DNA of 64,000 nucleotides from Eledone cirrhosa (Eukaryota): positions 360,034,001 to 360,098,000 of the forward strand of contig OZ024743.1 of the NCBI GenBank assembly GCA_964016885.1. The letters are read 5' to 3'. How positions within the stretch are numbered: position 1 is the first letter of the stretch; each line of letters starts with the position of its first letter. Made by a program: the position numbers and the translations under genes. Positions 14,015 through 28,555 of the stretch are shown here, in pieces. The notes under the pieces were generated by a model that saw only the letters and a program-made list of their open reading frames with translations, had not been told where the DNA came from and did not search any database.

Positions 14015-14072
14015 ATACCTGATGATATCACCGGATTCATACGGAACCCGGTCATTGAAATGATCATAGTAT
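14015..14072 (+). ncRNA. Minimal type-I hammerhead motif
   Basis: atac-CTGATGA-..accgg(..)ccggt..-GAAA-T(gatc)ATA-gtat; palindromic TGATCA stem III. Confidence 0.7.
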
Positions 14073-16344
14073 AATAAACCTTTCAAGGATTTACACAAGT
14101 CCAACCTCCTGTTATTTTATTATAATATTTAACTCCGTACTCGCATCACCAACTACAAAAACGAAGACGGTTGAACTACTTTACGTTGAGTACTCTCCAT
14201 ATTATTACATCAAGATTGACCATACGGAATGACCAACTCTATCCAGTGGTGAACCTTCAAACCTAAATAAATAATGCTCCTGAAATATTGAGCACTTCTA
14301 AATGTAATAATGAACAGCGGCATGGTACTGACTAGATCTAATCACCATTCGGATGTTGGCTACTCTGCGCTCTATCTACCGTCACCTGGCCCAATGCTAA
14401 TTCCCTCTCGGAATATTCAGACTTCGACAAAATTCTACGGATTATACCATAACCTGTATTGTACTGTACTGTATTGACTAAATTCTCTACCCTATACTTC
14501 AGGGCCTCTGTAATTCACACTGAATTCTCAGACTCGAACAGACACTGATTCCATTTCCATATCTATATGCATTATCTGACTGCAACTTGAACTATATTGT
14601 ATTTCTCCTGTGTTTTGATTTCTCCATTTTACTCCACCATCACTCTAGTTATTTTTATTTGTTTATTTATATATTTCTACCTTTTTACTTTATTAATGTG
14701 CTTTATCTACATATTCTACTTTTATTTATCCATGTATTTTTTATTCCTCTTATTCGGATTTTTACTCGCTTGTACCCACGACACTAAAATATCTCCCCCC
14801 GAGAAGAACAATACATATTACCCGGACTATCCGGGGACCTAGATATAGTCTATTTGCGCTTCATCGAGTTTTACAATTGATTACACGCGATGATCCGACT
14901 GTTGTGTTGGTTTTCCTGGCTGCGAGGCCGGTCTCCTGGTGCATGGGCCAACCTTGAGTGCTTGGAAAAATAAATTTCCCCTTCTTTCGGTAAATGAAAT
15001 TACTCGGAGCGGATTGATTCGCCCAGGGCCCGCCGCGCAGCCGTTTTTTTGACAGCCATATAGTACCTTTAAATTATAGGCATAATCTTAAATATTAGCG
15101 TATCAGGCCTCCCTCTACTTAAACAAATCCCCCTCCTGTGTAAATTAATAGTACTCGTTTGATATAACGATGGCATACGACGATGGCTGACTTCCCACTA
15201 GCAGACCTGAAGCCTGGAATACATTCCTTGAGTGCTTGGAATAATTGATTTCCATATCTTTCGCTAGGTGATCTCACTCGGAATGGCTGACACGTGGTTA
15301 GGATGGGCTGGCCGGAGTCTGCAGTCGCCGCATGCTGTTTGAATGCGAAGCAAGGACATAATCTTTACTCTACATCCCACTAGGATAACTTATAGATGTT
15401 CTCTATAATACAATTAAAGTTTCTTCATAAAAGACTCTTTCTTTAACTAAACCTCGCAACCCAAAACCTTAAACATTTTTTAATACTGTTTAAATTTCAA
15501 TTTTCTAATTTTTTAATTTTATAATGTTAAACTTTAATTTGTTTAACTTCATCCTATAAATTTAAACAAAAATTTAACGTTCCAATTTTCTGTCGGACTG
15601 TTGGGTTGGTTTTCCTGGCTGCGAGACCGGCCTCTTTGAAAAAATAAATACCCCTTCTTTCGGTAAATGAAATTACTCGGACCGGGTGATTCGCCCCGGG
15701 GCCCGACGCGCAGCCGTTTTTTGACCGCCATATAGTACCTTTAAATTCTAGGCCTAATCATAACTATTAGCTGTATCATGCTTCCCTCTACTTTAACAAA
15801 TACCCCTCCTGTGTAAATTAATAGTACTCGTTTGGTATAAAGATGGCCTAACGACGATGGCTGACTTCCTACTAGCACACCTGAAGCCTGAAATACATTC
15901 TTTGAGTGCTTGGAAAAATTGATTTCCATATCTTTCGCTAGGCGATCTCACTCGGAATGGGTGACACGTGGTTAGGATAGGCTGGCCGGAGTCTGCAGTC
16001 GCCGCATGCTGTTTGACTGCTAAACAAGGACATAATCGTTACTCTATAATACAATTAAAGCTTCTTCATAAAAGACTCTTTCTTTAACTAAACCTCGCAA
16101 CCCAAAACCTTAAATTTTTAAACTGTTTAATTTTCAATTTTCTAATTTTTTTTATTTTATAATGTTAATCTTAAATTTTTTAACTTCATCCTATAAATCT
16201 AAACAAAAATTTAACGTTCCAATCTTCTGCTCACACATTATAACATGCAGACCCCCACTATATTTACCTCTGTTATAATATATACATCTGTTAAGATACG
16301 GGTCCTTTAGAATAACTTTTTTCGCGGCATTCCTGGTCTGACTG

Positions 16345-16640
16345 TAGCATGACATTAATACCGACTTGTCTTCCTCTTTCTTTCTGTCTTTTTTCTTGTA
16401 GCATGACATTAACGCTGACTTTTCTTCTTCTTCCTTGTAGCTGACATTAATGCTGACTTTTCTTCCTTTTCTTCCTCTTTCTTTCTGTCTTTTTTCTTGT
16501 AGCATGACATTAACGCTGACTTTTCTTCTTCTTCCTTGTAGCTGACATTAATGCTGACTTTTCTTCCTTTTCTTCCTCTTTCTTTCTGTCTTTTTTCTTG
16601 TAGCATGACATTAACACTGACTTTTCTTCATCTTCCTTTC
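16345..16640. repeat. Tandem minisatellite (GTAGC(A)TGACATTAA.GCTGACTTTTCTTC...), higher-order unit of about 107 bp
   Basis: Direct read. Confidence 0.9.
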
Positions 16641-17088
16641 TGTTTTTCTTCTCTTTGACCGGGAGGTTAGTAGCACACTATAAGCTTCAGCCCCCTCACC
16701 AGATGCCCTTAGTAGGCTGAATGGGCAGCACTTGAGGGCGACCGGCTAAAATGGAAGATGCTAGATGGTCCGTCGTCCTCGGGTCTATGATTTTCAGCCC
16801 CATGGATTTTATGTGTTACATTCATTTATTATATTTCGAATACATTATGATATCACCGGATTCATACGGAACCCGGTCATTGAAAAGATCATAGTATAAT
16901 AAACCTTTCAAGGATTTACACAAGTCCAGCCTCCTGTTATTTTATTATAATATTTAACTCCGTACTCGCACCACCAACTACAAAAACGAAGACCGTTGAA
17001 CTGCTTTACGTTGAGTACTCTCCATATTATTACATCAAGATTGACCATACGGAATTGACCAGTTCTATCCAGGGGTGAACCTTCAAAC

Positions 17089-17124
<36 letters not shown>

Positions 17125-17125
<1 letters not shown>

Positions 17126-17475
17126 TGAAGGCGGCCGACCGAACTAGAAACTGCTAAATGTGTGGCCGCCTTTTTGTCTATCTGCCTTGTCTGTCCCATG
17201 GATTATATTCCTTTCTTAAATTTCGAATACCCGATGATGTCACCGGATTCATACTGAACCCGCTAATTGAAATGTTTATAGTATAATAAACCTTTAAGGA
17301 ATTACACCAGTCCGGCCTCCTGTTATTTTATAATAATTAACTCCGTACTCGCACCACCAACAACACAAACGAAGACGGGTGAGTTGCATTACGTTGAGTA
17401 CTCTCCATAATATTACAGCGAGGTTGACCATACGGAATGACCAGTTCTATCCAGTGGTAAACCAACAAACCTAAA
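17125..17475 (+). mobile_element. Diverged pLTR of the 13.9-17.1 kb PLE family, HHR core CCGATGA
   Basis: Colinear similarity to 13960-14268. Confidence 0.75.
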
Positions 17476-17719
17476 TATATATATATATATAAAATAAAAT
17501 AATTAAGTCAAATATTTAAAAATTGGCTCTGTTTATTAAAGCCAAATTTTAAATATTTGACTTAATTATTTTATTTTACATTACTCCGGAGTAACAAAAC
17601 CAACCTGCGCAACTCGTCGAGTGCTCCAATCTGCATACTAAGGTGTCGGTAAACAACCAAGATATATATATATATATATATTTTATTAACTCAAGATTAA
17701 CCCCATGACAATTTAACAA

Positions 17720-18650
17720 TTTAAAGATGCTACAATAGTCTATTTATATAACCATACAGGCTACACATATGAATCTTACTCGTTTCGATTACTGGAAAAT
17801 TTCCCTTGAGGTTAATTTTAAATATTGTAAATGCTGACTTAATGATCATTGTATACCAATGCGGATTCTGTGCTGGCTATGAAAAGTTGACATGGTGTTT
17901 AGTTTGCGGTTGTTGCAGGAAAAGTCTCGCGAACATAAAAAAGATTTCCAATGTGTCTTTGACATGATATCTCGTTATCCATTATAGAATACATTTTAAA
18001 TCCGTTTAGAGCATTACACAATAAAATCTTTCTCCTAATAAATGGAGATCAATCACAGCCATTTGTATTTACAAATAGTACAAAACAAGAATGTGTACTG
18101 TCACCTATGTTATTTGCTTTTTTTTTTTTTTATTATTTTCTTCTTGCAGTCATGATAGATTATGCCTTTGCTGGAGTTAGAGAAGTAATTCCTGTAGACT
18201 ATCGTACAACTGAAGGAATTTACAATCAGCAAGATAAAGCAAGAATGTGTTTTCAGATTCTAAAATACTTACTATTTGTAGATGAATATACACTGCGTTC
18301 CCATTCGTTTGATGACATGCCACTGAAAATATACAAGTTTGTTGCTTTTGTCAGATTGTTTGGGTCTGACATTACAAAGGGGGAAAACGTCTTTCAGTGA
18401 AGTCCTGGCAAAAGTCTAGGTATTGTGTCTAGGATGCTTGTAGAAGTAAAAGTTTTAACAATTGTCTGTTCTTTCACCTATCTTGGTTTTGCTATGACAA
18501 CCGCTGATAGGTTTGATAAAAAAAAATTGATACACATATAGGTAAAGCAATTTCATCTTTCGTCAAACTATACCCGAGCCTTTGGAACATATATGATGTC
18601 TTTATTAAAGCCAGAGCTAGAAAATTTTCGGTGTAAGTTTGCTAGACTAT
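17720..18650 (+). mobile_element. Old RTE (BovB-like) LINE RT remnant
   Basis: QCGF..VDMVFSLRLLQEKSREH, YRTTEGIYN, YLLFVDEYTLRSHS (degenerate FADD), FTYLG. Confidence 0.75.
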
Positions 18651-18950
18651 AACTACGTTTTAAAACAAATTTAGAGATGATTCTAAACGCATCAACATAC
18701 AGAGTCATGATTGTGTGTATATTTTATTAAAACGAAATGACGACCAGGAAGGACAGAGCCATATTTACCTTGTGCATTTCAAAAATCAAAGGGTAATTCA
18801 TTATAACCAGTTGCATAAAGACAACATAAAAAATAATCAAAATACCAAGGTAAACTATCATTGTCCCAATTGTGACTTTGTCATCTAGAAAGTACACATG
18901 GTGTTAAGAAGATGTTTGCCTGTTAATGTACCGAATATTAATAGTATTAT

Positions 18951-19233
18951 TATAATTGTTTCTACTTTTGGCACAAGGCCAGCAATTATCGCAGTACATT
19001 ACTGGTACTTTATTTTATCGACCCCGTAAGGATGAAAGGCAAAATCAACCTCGGCGGGATTTGAACTCAGATCGTAAAGGGACGTAACTATGCTGGAAAG
19101 CATGCCCGACCCTCTACCGATACTGCCAATTCACCTATTATTATTAATCCTTACGGGGTCGATAAAATAAAGTACCAGTAATACACTGGGATAATTGCTG
19201 GCCTTGTGGCAAAAGTAGAAATAATTATTATTA
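18951..19233. mobile_element. SINE (minus, 18951-19135) plus partial SINE (plus, 19148-19233), forming an inverted pair
   Basis: 921 family on both strands. Confidence 0.88.
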
Positions 19234-21261
19234 TCCGCACACGAATACATTTAAGTATCAACCATGTCAAATCGAAAACAAATTTTATTTTTATACACAT
19301 ACACATATATATATATATATTATAATTATGTGTATGCATCCCTCTTTATCTCTCTGTAAAAATAAATATTGATAGTAAAGTTGGAGTGTATGCCTATAGG
19401 TGTATATTAACCCATGTAACCAATTACAGTTTGCTACATTATATAATAACTGCCGATATTCTATCTTGCATATGATACATTACGATCTCCGCTACTGAAG
19501 TGACAAGTTCATTTCAAGTTCATCATTGTTTTAACTCGCATCATAATGAGTAGAAATGAAGTATCACCAAGAGAGTGTAAGTCATTATTTTCTTATATAA
19601 AGTTGGTTCGAAAGACAGTATCTTCAGACGCAATAAGACGCAATTGGTAACAATGATTAGATTTTCTTGTTAAGTCTGTATAAATTGGTGCAAAATTTTG
19701 ATGAAGAAATATTTCCAAGTGCCTGAAATCTAATTATAATATGCTATGATAGAACACTGGGAAAGGATGAAATATTGCTACACACGGCTGCCCTTTGGGA
19801 AATCTGAAATGATAGCTTTCATTTTTCAAAACTCCAAGATTACGTGGCTGCTTCTTGATATTAACGAATCTGCTAGAACTATCTGAAATGCTATTAAACA
19901 CCAGAAAAGATACAAGATATAAGAGACTGTGCTAAGATAGAATTTTGCAATTTAGTAAAATAAAATCACCTGAGAAATTATATAACTGTGTACAAGAATA
20001 AATTTAAATTAAAAAGAAAAAGATAACAAATGTGATTTACAAAAGTACATTGGAACAAATAGCATTGCATATTCATTTCATCATACAAGTTATAGGAGTG
20101 AAATGCAAAGAGCTTTATTCGAATTAGTGTCATGGTCATGTCCTTGAACTACTGAATACAGATCGTTACATAAAGTTTAACAAATGCTTACATGTTCTGG
20201 AATTTTAATTCGAAAGTAAATACTGATTTCTAATCGAGGCACAATTCCTGAAATTCGTGGGGTGGGTAAAATCGATGATATTTACCCAAGTATTTGGCCT
20301 GTAATTTATTTTATCGACCCCAAAGTTGACTTCGGTCAGATTTCATTTCAGAACATAAAGAGTAGGAACACATTCCCCAAATCATTTCACCTAATACTTT
20401 AACGATTCGTTCAATCTACCGACCTCATTGAAATGTCAATAAAGATAAGTTAGCATCGGCATTTATCTTTCAGTGAAAAATAATAAAACAAACAAACCAC
20501 TAAGCATTCAATATTAGGCAGATACTTGCTACATTCATTTTCTAATCAATTTAACTGTATTCGTAGATCGGGTATGTCATATATTTCGTTGTATATACGC
20601 ACGTTCAGCATTTTCTATTCGGTGTAAGTCAAATTTCCCAGATGTAAGTAAACTATGTCAATAAAATATGGTGGCCATCAGATATTATTTGGTGCATACA
20701 GGAAAATAATAATTAATCAGAATCAGAAATTCAGTGTTATCTAACAGATTGAATTGAGTTTAGTTCACATGATTTAGGGGCAATAATTATTTGTTTCGTA
20801 AAATACATTGTAATATCCGTTTTAAAAATGGTTTTCTTATATGGAGAATTCAGTACATAATTATGAAGTAAACATTAGCTCGTCCTTATACAAATTGATA
20901 GAACTCAATATATATATATGCTACTAATAGAGTGTACATCATTAGAAATACAGCCGTCAGCAAAAGCTAAGCTTAAATACAAAGTATTCGTTCACTCAGT
21001 AAAACATTTCCATTTATACTATATATATGTTTTATAATAAAACACAAGAATCAAATGCAAATAACTCAAGCACTCAATTCTATATGAGTCTGGGAAATGC
21101 TAACTACATATCTACGTCCATAACTTCAACTCACAGGCGGCAGCTATCTAGAACCACCTATCTATCTAATTATCCAAGTATTCAAGTACCCTTTCAAAAG
21201 TATAATCAAGGAATATTTTTCACTATATACATGTCATTTTGAAAAGGTACTATACTAGTAT

Positions 21262-21839
21262 ATATATAAGTTATAAGAATCAAAGTTCTGTTCAAATCAT
21301 TTATATGCTTACAATTGTTTCCTCCAAACCGAGGTTTGGATTCTTCGGAGCAATTTATTAATGAATGATCACATATATGACCTCCTTATCGCATTAATTT
21401 CATGTTGTATTTTAACTTTAATTTTTAATTTTATCCTCTTTTGATATGAATGTAATCTTTAAATGTATACTGCCACGCTAAATGTTATAATGGAGGTCGA
21501 CCCACCAAGCAACAATATTTGCATATGCATCTATATGTCTCTTGTGTTGAAAAGGAGGTCATATATGTGATCATTCATTAATAACTTGCTCCGAAGAACC
21601 CAAACCTCGGTTTGGAGGAAACAATTGTAAGCAAATAAATGATTTGAACAGAACTTTGATTCTTAAAACTTATATATAACTGCTCTGTAAAACAACTGAT
21701 GTTATTACATTGAGCTATTTAACTTACCGGTAATAAGGTAGTAATATATTACTGCATATCACTATTTAGGGTTTGTAAAAATATATATAACTACAAAAGG
21801 TTTTTGTATATGCATAACCATAAATAGTATCCTTAATAC

Positions 21840-21840
<1 letters not shown>
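21262..21840 (+). mobile_element. PLE terminus with a fold-back (arms 21262-21387 and 21552-21677)
   Basis: Inverted repeat carrying an HHR; the tail runs into (TA)n. Confidence 0.8.
21586..21634 (+). ncRNA. Minimal type-I hammerhead, U4C core
   Basis: ttgct-CCGAAGA-..ccaaac(ctcg)gtttgg..-GAAAC(aatt)GTA-agcaa; palindrome ACAATTGT. Confidence 0.72.
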
Positions 21841-21886
<46 letters not shown>

Positions 21887-21919
21887 TATGTAGATATATA
21901 TACGTATATATATATAAAC

Positions 21920-22500
21920 ATACATTGGCTTCACATCAAATAATCTTAAGACACAGTGGTACGTCCCAGCCCACTCTTTCAGGAGACTAGACAATCAAAC
22001 CAAACGGTACTCACCGCCAGTGGATGGAACTTCAAGAAAAAATCAATCACCTTGAGGCTCAAATGTAAAATACTTCAGGGGAAACTCTCATACATAGGCG
22101 GGAATAAGAGCTGTAAAGGGAAGAGCTATGAGATATTATTTGCCATGTGTCCGACTCTGAACAATCTTTCCGAACACTGCCCGTCTTCATGCACAAATAC
22201 TACGCAACGTATAAATCTTACGAACCAGTTATGCCCCAGAGCGATAGTTTACATAGAACATTTCACTCGTCAAAGCATATCTCCTCCTTAACACAGTCTC
22301 CCAACTTACGTACTTTTCGGACTCATACAGTTCTGTGCTTATGTGATTCCTCGTTGTCTACTTGTATTTGTCTGTGACTATGTACACAAGTGTTAGTCTG
22401 TCTATGTGTACATGGGAATGTGGAGACCAGCATATGTAGATATTTGTGAAATGTGTATTTTTTTGTGTGCCTGTATCCACTCGAATTAGTGCATATAAGC
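21920..22500 (+). mobile_element. PLE GIY-YIG 3' remnant plus UTR
   Basis: YIGFTSNNLKTQW..SNQT.L..LKCKILQ..YIGGNKSC; related to 6485-7190. Confidence 0.75.
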
Positions 22501-22732
22501 ATGTATGTGTATATGTATGTATGTGTTTTGTATATAAATGTGTATACGTGTCTATATATGCATATATATATATGTGTGTACGCATGTCTATATATATATA
22601 TGTGTGTGTGTATATATGTATATATATATATGTGTATGCATGTCTATATGTGTGTATGTATGTATATGTATTTGGATGTATGTGTATGTATATGTATGTA
22701 TATGTATGAATATATATATATGTATATATGTA

Positions 22733-22821
<89 letters not shown>

Positions 22822-22829
22822 GCATAAAG

Positions 22830-25050
22830 ATATCTTTCTTTATTTGCCACAGGGGCGTACAAAAATGACGGCGGGGGTTTTACATAAAAATAATTTTAAC
22901 ATTAATAAATAACAATAAACTATATATAATAAAATAACAATTGAAATCCCAATAGGGGGAACGTTACTGCAGGGTTGTTTTACACCCCGTGGATAGAACA
23001 ACCCCCAACACTAGGAACACGTTTTGTAGGTGCTCCTGTCTTCCATGTGTTTATCTTCCTCAACCTACAGGTTCATATACAGAGAAGGCCCATTCACTCG
23101 GACCATCTTTGCCACATTCACCCACCTTTCAGCGAATTTACTGGGGTATAGCACCTCTCTCTCCACTCTCACCTTCCTTCTGAAGTGGTACTTAAAGAAG
23201 GGGATAAGTTGTTGTCCGGAGAGAAAGCTGTTTGCCCTCAGTCCTTTTAACCTCGTCCACCATATTACCTCTTTCGCCAGAGCCACCAGTCAGAGGAAAA
23301 CCGCCTCTTCTTCGTTCTTAAATGAAGGCGGCGGGGTGATCCTCACGATGGACTCGGCTGATAACTAGATGCGTCCCACACGTGACAGCAGCTGTTCGAC
23401 ATAATTCTAGAAGTCGCTCACCCCTGGGCACTAAACAATTGCGTGCAGAACGGTTTCGATGTCCTGCTCGCATCTTGGACAGGTCCTTTTGGCAGGATCT
23501 CTGCCAGGGTGTCCGTGCCTGTAGATTTTGTCTCGAACTGGTAGAGCTCCTCGGTAGCACTGCCAAGCCAGAGACCTCTGGAAGTTATCCATAGGCCAAG
23601 GAACTGAAAGTCCTCCCGAACAGACTGGTCAGTTCGTCCTCCTCAATGCCTAGAATTTCCCCGAGAACGTCGTCGCACTTATCCTCCACTAATCCCCTAT
23701 AAAATGTCGAAGTGGAGTCTCCGCTGATTGCCGTTTCCGCTTGGTAGAGGGCTGTGAGTGCCTGTAGGCACTCGAGGTGCCGAGTACCCATTTTCGGTCT
23801 TCGCTTGACCCAGGACTGCAGCTCTGTTAGTGAGACGAATTGTGAAAGAGCTTGTCTCACAAACGACAGCCACACCGGTTCACCGGTCAGGAATACCTGG
23901 GGATGGCGTAGTCTCAGTGCATGTTTGCACATCATCAGCTACGGCATGCCCAGCCCTCCGTTAGAAAGGTGTTGACAGCAGATGGATCTCCTCACCAATG
24001 GAGCCTGTTTCTTCCAGAGGAACTTGAAGAGTAGGTGTTCCATTTTGGTAAGGTATTCGCGGGGGCAAGGCACGACTGTCAAGCGGTAGTAGATGACGGA
24101 CGCTATGTAAGTGTTCGCCACTTCCGCTCGACCTTTCAAGGAGAGTTTGCACTCAGCCCACTTCTGGGTTATTGCAAACACCTTCGCCGTGACCTCGTTC
24201 CAGTTCTTGTCCACCTGGAGGTCTGGACCGAACCTCCGAGCAATTTCACCGGCCCTTCCGTCCAGCGTCCAACGACACTGTCGGAAGGCATGGGTGTGCC
24301 TCTCCATTTGCCGAGTTGCAAACCGATAAACTTGTCTGGGTTTAGTCTTGCTCCTGTCAACGTTTCGTATTCCTGTAATAGGTTGCCGATTACCCTGATT
24401 TCCGAGGTTTTCGACACCATTATGGTTATGTCGTCGGCATAGGCTGACGCTGCTTTCCGCAGTTCTGGTTCGATCAGGATGCCCTACAATAGCTCCAAAT
24501 TACACAGTAACAGCTCGAGAGTCAGTACATACAGAACAGAGGAGAGAGGGCATCCCTGACGGTTGGAACGCATGATTTGGAATGACTCTGATAGGTATGC
24601 ATTCACCTTGACTGCCGAGCAGATGCTGGTGTGCATGGCAGCGATCCAGCCTCTGAAGACGGAACCTAAGCCGGCCGCCTTGAGAACTGCTTCCAAGTAT
24701 TGATGGTCGACCCTATCAAATGCCTTAGACTGATCTAAATTGATCAGAGCCCCACCAAAGCCAGGTTTACACCCTACACTCTTTATGATGTATCGCATGA
24801 GGTGGTGGTTTTCGTGTATGGACCTGGTCGGGATTGCACACGTTTGGGCTTCCCCTACTAGGTTCTCGACGACAAGCGCCAGCTTTGCTGCTAACACCTT
24901 GGCCAAAATCTTTAACTCTGTGTTGAGCAGAGTTATTGGCCTGAAATTTCTTATCTCATCTCCCTTCTCATACTTCCTGATCAGCTTTACTATCCCTCTG
25001 CCTACAGAACTGGGAATCCTCCCGTTCTGCTGCTAGTTGCAGTAGACCGC
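22830..25050 (-). mobile_element. L1/Tx1-clade LINE, 5'-truncated ORF2 (RT plus C-terminus)
   Basis: NFRPITLLNTELKILAKVLA, LINLDQSKAFDRVDH, RQGCPLS, AYADDIT, LSLKGRAEVAN, GGLGMP; AATAAA at the 3' end; GC-rich relative to flanks. Confidence 0.92.
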
Positions 25051-25164
25051 AGTAGACCGATATGCATATAGATAGATATAGATATAGGTATATGATTGAG
25101 TGTTTGTATGTGTGTGGATGTATATATATATATATACTGTAGTAAAAGTTTGCTAGAAATATCC

Positions 25165-25990
25165 AAATATAAGAGCACCCAGTCCACAGAACATTTGTAA
25201 GAGAGTATCCAAACTCTTTCCAAGCAAAGCCATCTTTGAGAGGGCAGCACCCTACTATAATGCAGCACTAAGCAACAGCAGCTACTCTGAAACACCATTT
25301 ACTCTTCAGATCGCCGCCCTACATCTAGAAAGTAAAAAAAAACTAGACATAAAGATGCCATATGGTTCGCATTTGAAGTGAAATCTATTATAGGTAGTAA
25401 ATTCTTAGCCATCATAGACCTTCACTTCACTATTGGCCATAAATACCTAAATATAGTCAATCACCAAACAGTGAATATAGGAGACTCATGCACTAATAAC
25501 ATCACATTCTATATCACCGGCAAATGGAAAAACCCTCCATCGTACGGTTGATCATGAAGAAGACCAGAAACATGCCCACTAGATAAATGATTATCTCCAT
25601 CAAACAGAACCACAAAAGAGAGGCCTGGACTTATGTCAGTATAACCGACAGCCGGTTCTAAAACTGGTACCTGAATCCCGAAACAATCTTCAGGCACACT
25701 GACAAAAAAAGCATGTTACCCAGCTCGCAAATCATGTATAGAGTTTTAAAATAAAAAAACTGCCTGAATACACGGTTTCATGGCTTGACTGTCCAAACGA
25801 AATGAAGTATATTCTGAGTAGCTACTCTAGGAATATAATTTCTTTGAGTTACTGGCTGTTTTGTACATCAAGGAATTTGGATTCTTTGAGTCAGGTGCGA
25901 AAAATATATTTTTCCCCACTCTTGACTGTGGATTTGCAAGAGTTACCTTCCTTGATCTTACCATTTTTTTCCTGATAATTAAAAAATACT
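25165..25990 (+). mobile_element. Degraded PLE fragment (RT C-terminus/linker plus tail)
   Basis: ICKRVSKL..IFERAAPYYNAALS, AIWF..IGSKFLAIIDLHF..HKY. Confidence 0.65.
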
Positions 25991-26007
25991 TTTTAATCTA
26001 TTTCCCA

Positions 26008-26478
<471 letters not shown>

Positions 26479-28242
26479 GTTGCAGATGATAAGTCGCTTA
26501 TACTCAGTTGTTATGTTGTAACTCCTTGAAGATAAGTCGGTCCAGATGATCCAAACGCACTTCACGTCAGTAGTTTATCCCAGCTAAGTGTTGCTGATTA
26601 GGAGTGGCGTAGTATTCATTTATCAAATAAGAATAGTTAAGACGGGATTATTTCATCATAATTGCTTTATTGCATGATATATATCTCTCTGCATGTGACT
26701 TCATCAGATGTTTACGCAATCATAGGTGCAGTCTTATGGTCAAGAGAGTGTTACCTTATGGGCTTATGTTAATTAGTTTATTAAAATTCTGATTTTAATT
26801 TTCGGCAAAGCCAGCCGTAAAATCGCTTGTATGATAATCAGCTCTCTATCACAATTGTTTGGCTTATGCATAAAAGGCTTAACATATCCAATAGGAGAGG
26901 GAAGGTTTATTATAGCAAATGCCTTTTAATGGACGTTAGTTGCATTACATGTAATGAAACTACAGAATTCGACAATCGATACCAAGATACACCATTCGTT
27001 CTCCCTACTCTGAGATGTAAGGCAATGAACTAATTCGACACCAAATCAGATTTTGTAAATCCCTTTATCAATATATCAATATACATTACAAACAATGTCA
27101 TCGTGTACACGTAATGTATGAATAATATTTCAATATATAGAATTCGTTCGCAATTTATACTAAACTCATTTAGATTAAATAAAAGGACTTTACTGAGGGT
27201 ATTCGCAATAAATTCATGCTTATTGAAACATATGGAGAGAAATATGCTAAATGCTACATTATTTCGACTGACATATCCCAACGTAAATCTTCTTTCTTAT
27301 TGTCAAATTTGCTTAGTGTTGGCAAAGCGTAGGTTGAAGATGTTGCCACTCTTATTCTAATTAGGAATATTTAATGTTACAGAGAGAGACGGTGTAACAT
27401 TACATATTCCTAATTTGTGAAAATGCTATATGAAGCAATACTGTCTTGTGGCATAAACACTGTTTCTCTGATAACTTCAGAAACGGTTTGTCTGTTGTCA
27501 ACCATTATCAAAAATTAAGGAAGTTAATACTTTCCGCGTATGTACATTTTCCAGATTTCATTCCATATTATAATATATTATGCATACCATCCGAAAATGC
27601 AACTGTACTATTATCAGCAACGTCATAATATCGTAAAATCAGGCATTTGTTCGATTCAGTTGTTTCGCACATACGAATCATTTTATCATCTTCTGGTTTA
27701 AATTAAACTCAATCAGATTTTACTCATAAGTTTTACAGATAAAGCGTGGAGACGAATTAAGAGAACACACATATTTCGTATTCAGTTATGTGAATGTGCT
27801 AAAATTAAATAGAATAATTCATTGGTAAATTTCGCACAATAAATTAACGCAAAACAAATAAATGTATATAATAAGAGTAATGTTTTATTCACGCATGTTC
27901 TGTTGTCAGGGATGTATCATTATGAATAATCTGCGATAGATTCTAATGCAAGTAGATAATCCAATTGCAATGATTAAATGGAAAATAAGTTTTTAGACTG
28001 AGAATTTTGCTTTTCCTTGTTCTATCGAAACATAATCTTATACAGGCAGTATTAAACACTAGCAGTGTTCATAAACCTGTTCATATATATATATATAGTA
28101 AAATTATTTTACTATTATTACTCCAAGAACCGTCCGCCTAGGAACTTTCTTAAAGCGGCCATAAGGCTAAGGAAACTACTTGTGTCAAAAATCAGAGTAC
28201 CCATAACCTCTAATTTGATTAACTTAAACGTTATCTTCTCAT

Positions 28243-28310
<68 letters not shown>

Positions 28311-28313
<3 letters not shown>

Positions 28314-28394
28314 TCATTCTGCATCTTCTCATGCATAGAGTACTACCCTGATTTGTTGTATACCTAGTCTCGGCACCGCAAGCTTTCAATATGA

Positions 28395-28426
<32 letters not shown>

Positions 28427-28501
28427 TGAAAGCTTGCGGTGCCGTGACTAGGTAAACAACAAATCAGGGTAGTACTCTATGCATGAGAAGATGCAGAATG
28501 A

Positions 28502-28555
<54 letters not shown>

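Larger units (their letters stand above)
13477..17093 (+). mobile_element. Degenerate PLE with an inverted 5' pLTR (13477-13892), direct pLTRs (13891-14268 and 16717-17093) and an internal tandem duplication
   Basis: Sequence identity among the three termini; internal units 14897-15592 and 15593-16229 carry decayed PLE-like motifs (TFLECLE.., CSRRML.ECE.., HKRLFL). Confidence 0.75.

Noticed and set aside
16345-16640. Repeat-spacer-like array
   Set aside because: The spacers are themselves repeated, the context is eukaryotic and there are no cas genes; it is a minisatellite
18107-18400. ORF preceded by a polypyrimidine tract and CAG, resembling a host exon
   Set aside because: The peptide and its flanks match a decayed RTE reverse transcriptase
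25758-25810. CTGAATA..CAAACGAAA hammerhead-like trace in a PLE tail
   Set aside because: Core and stems are too degraded to call
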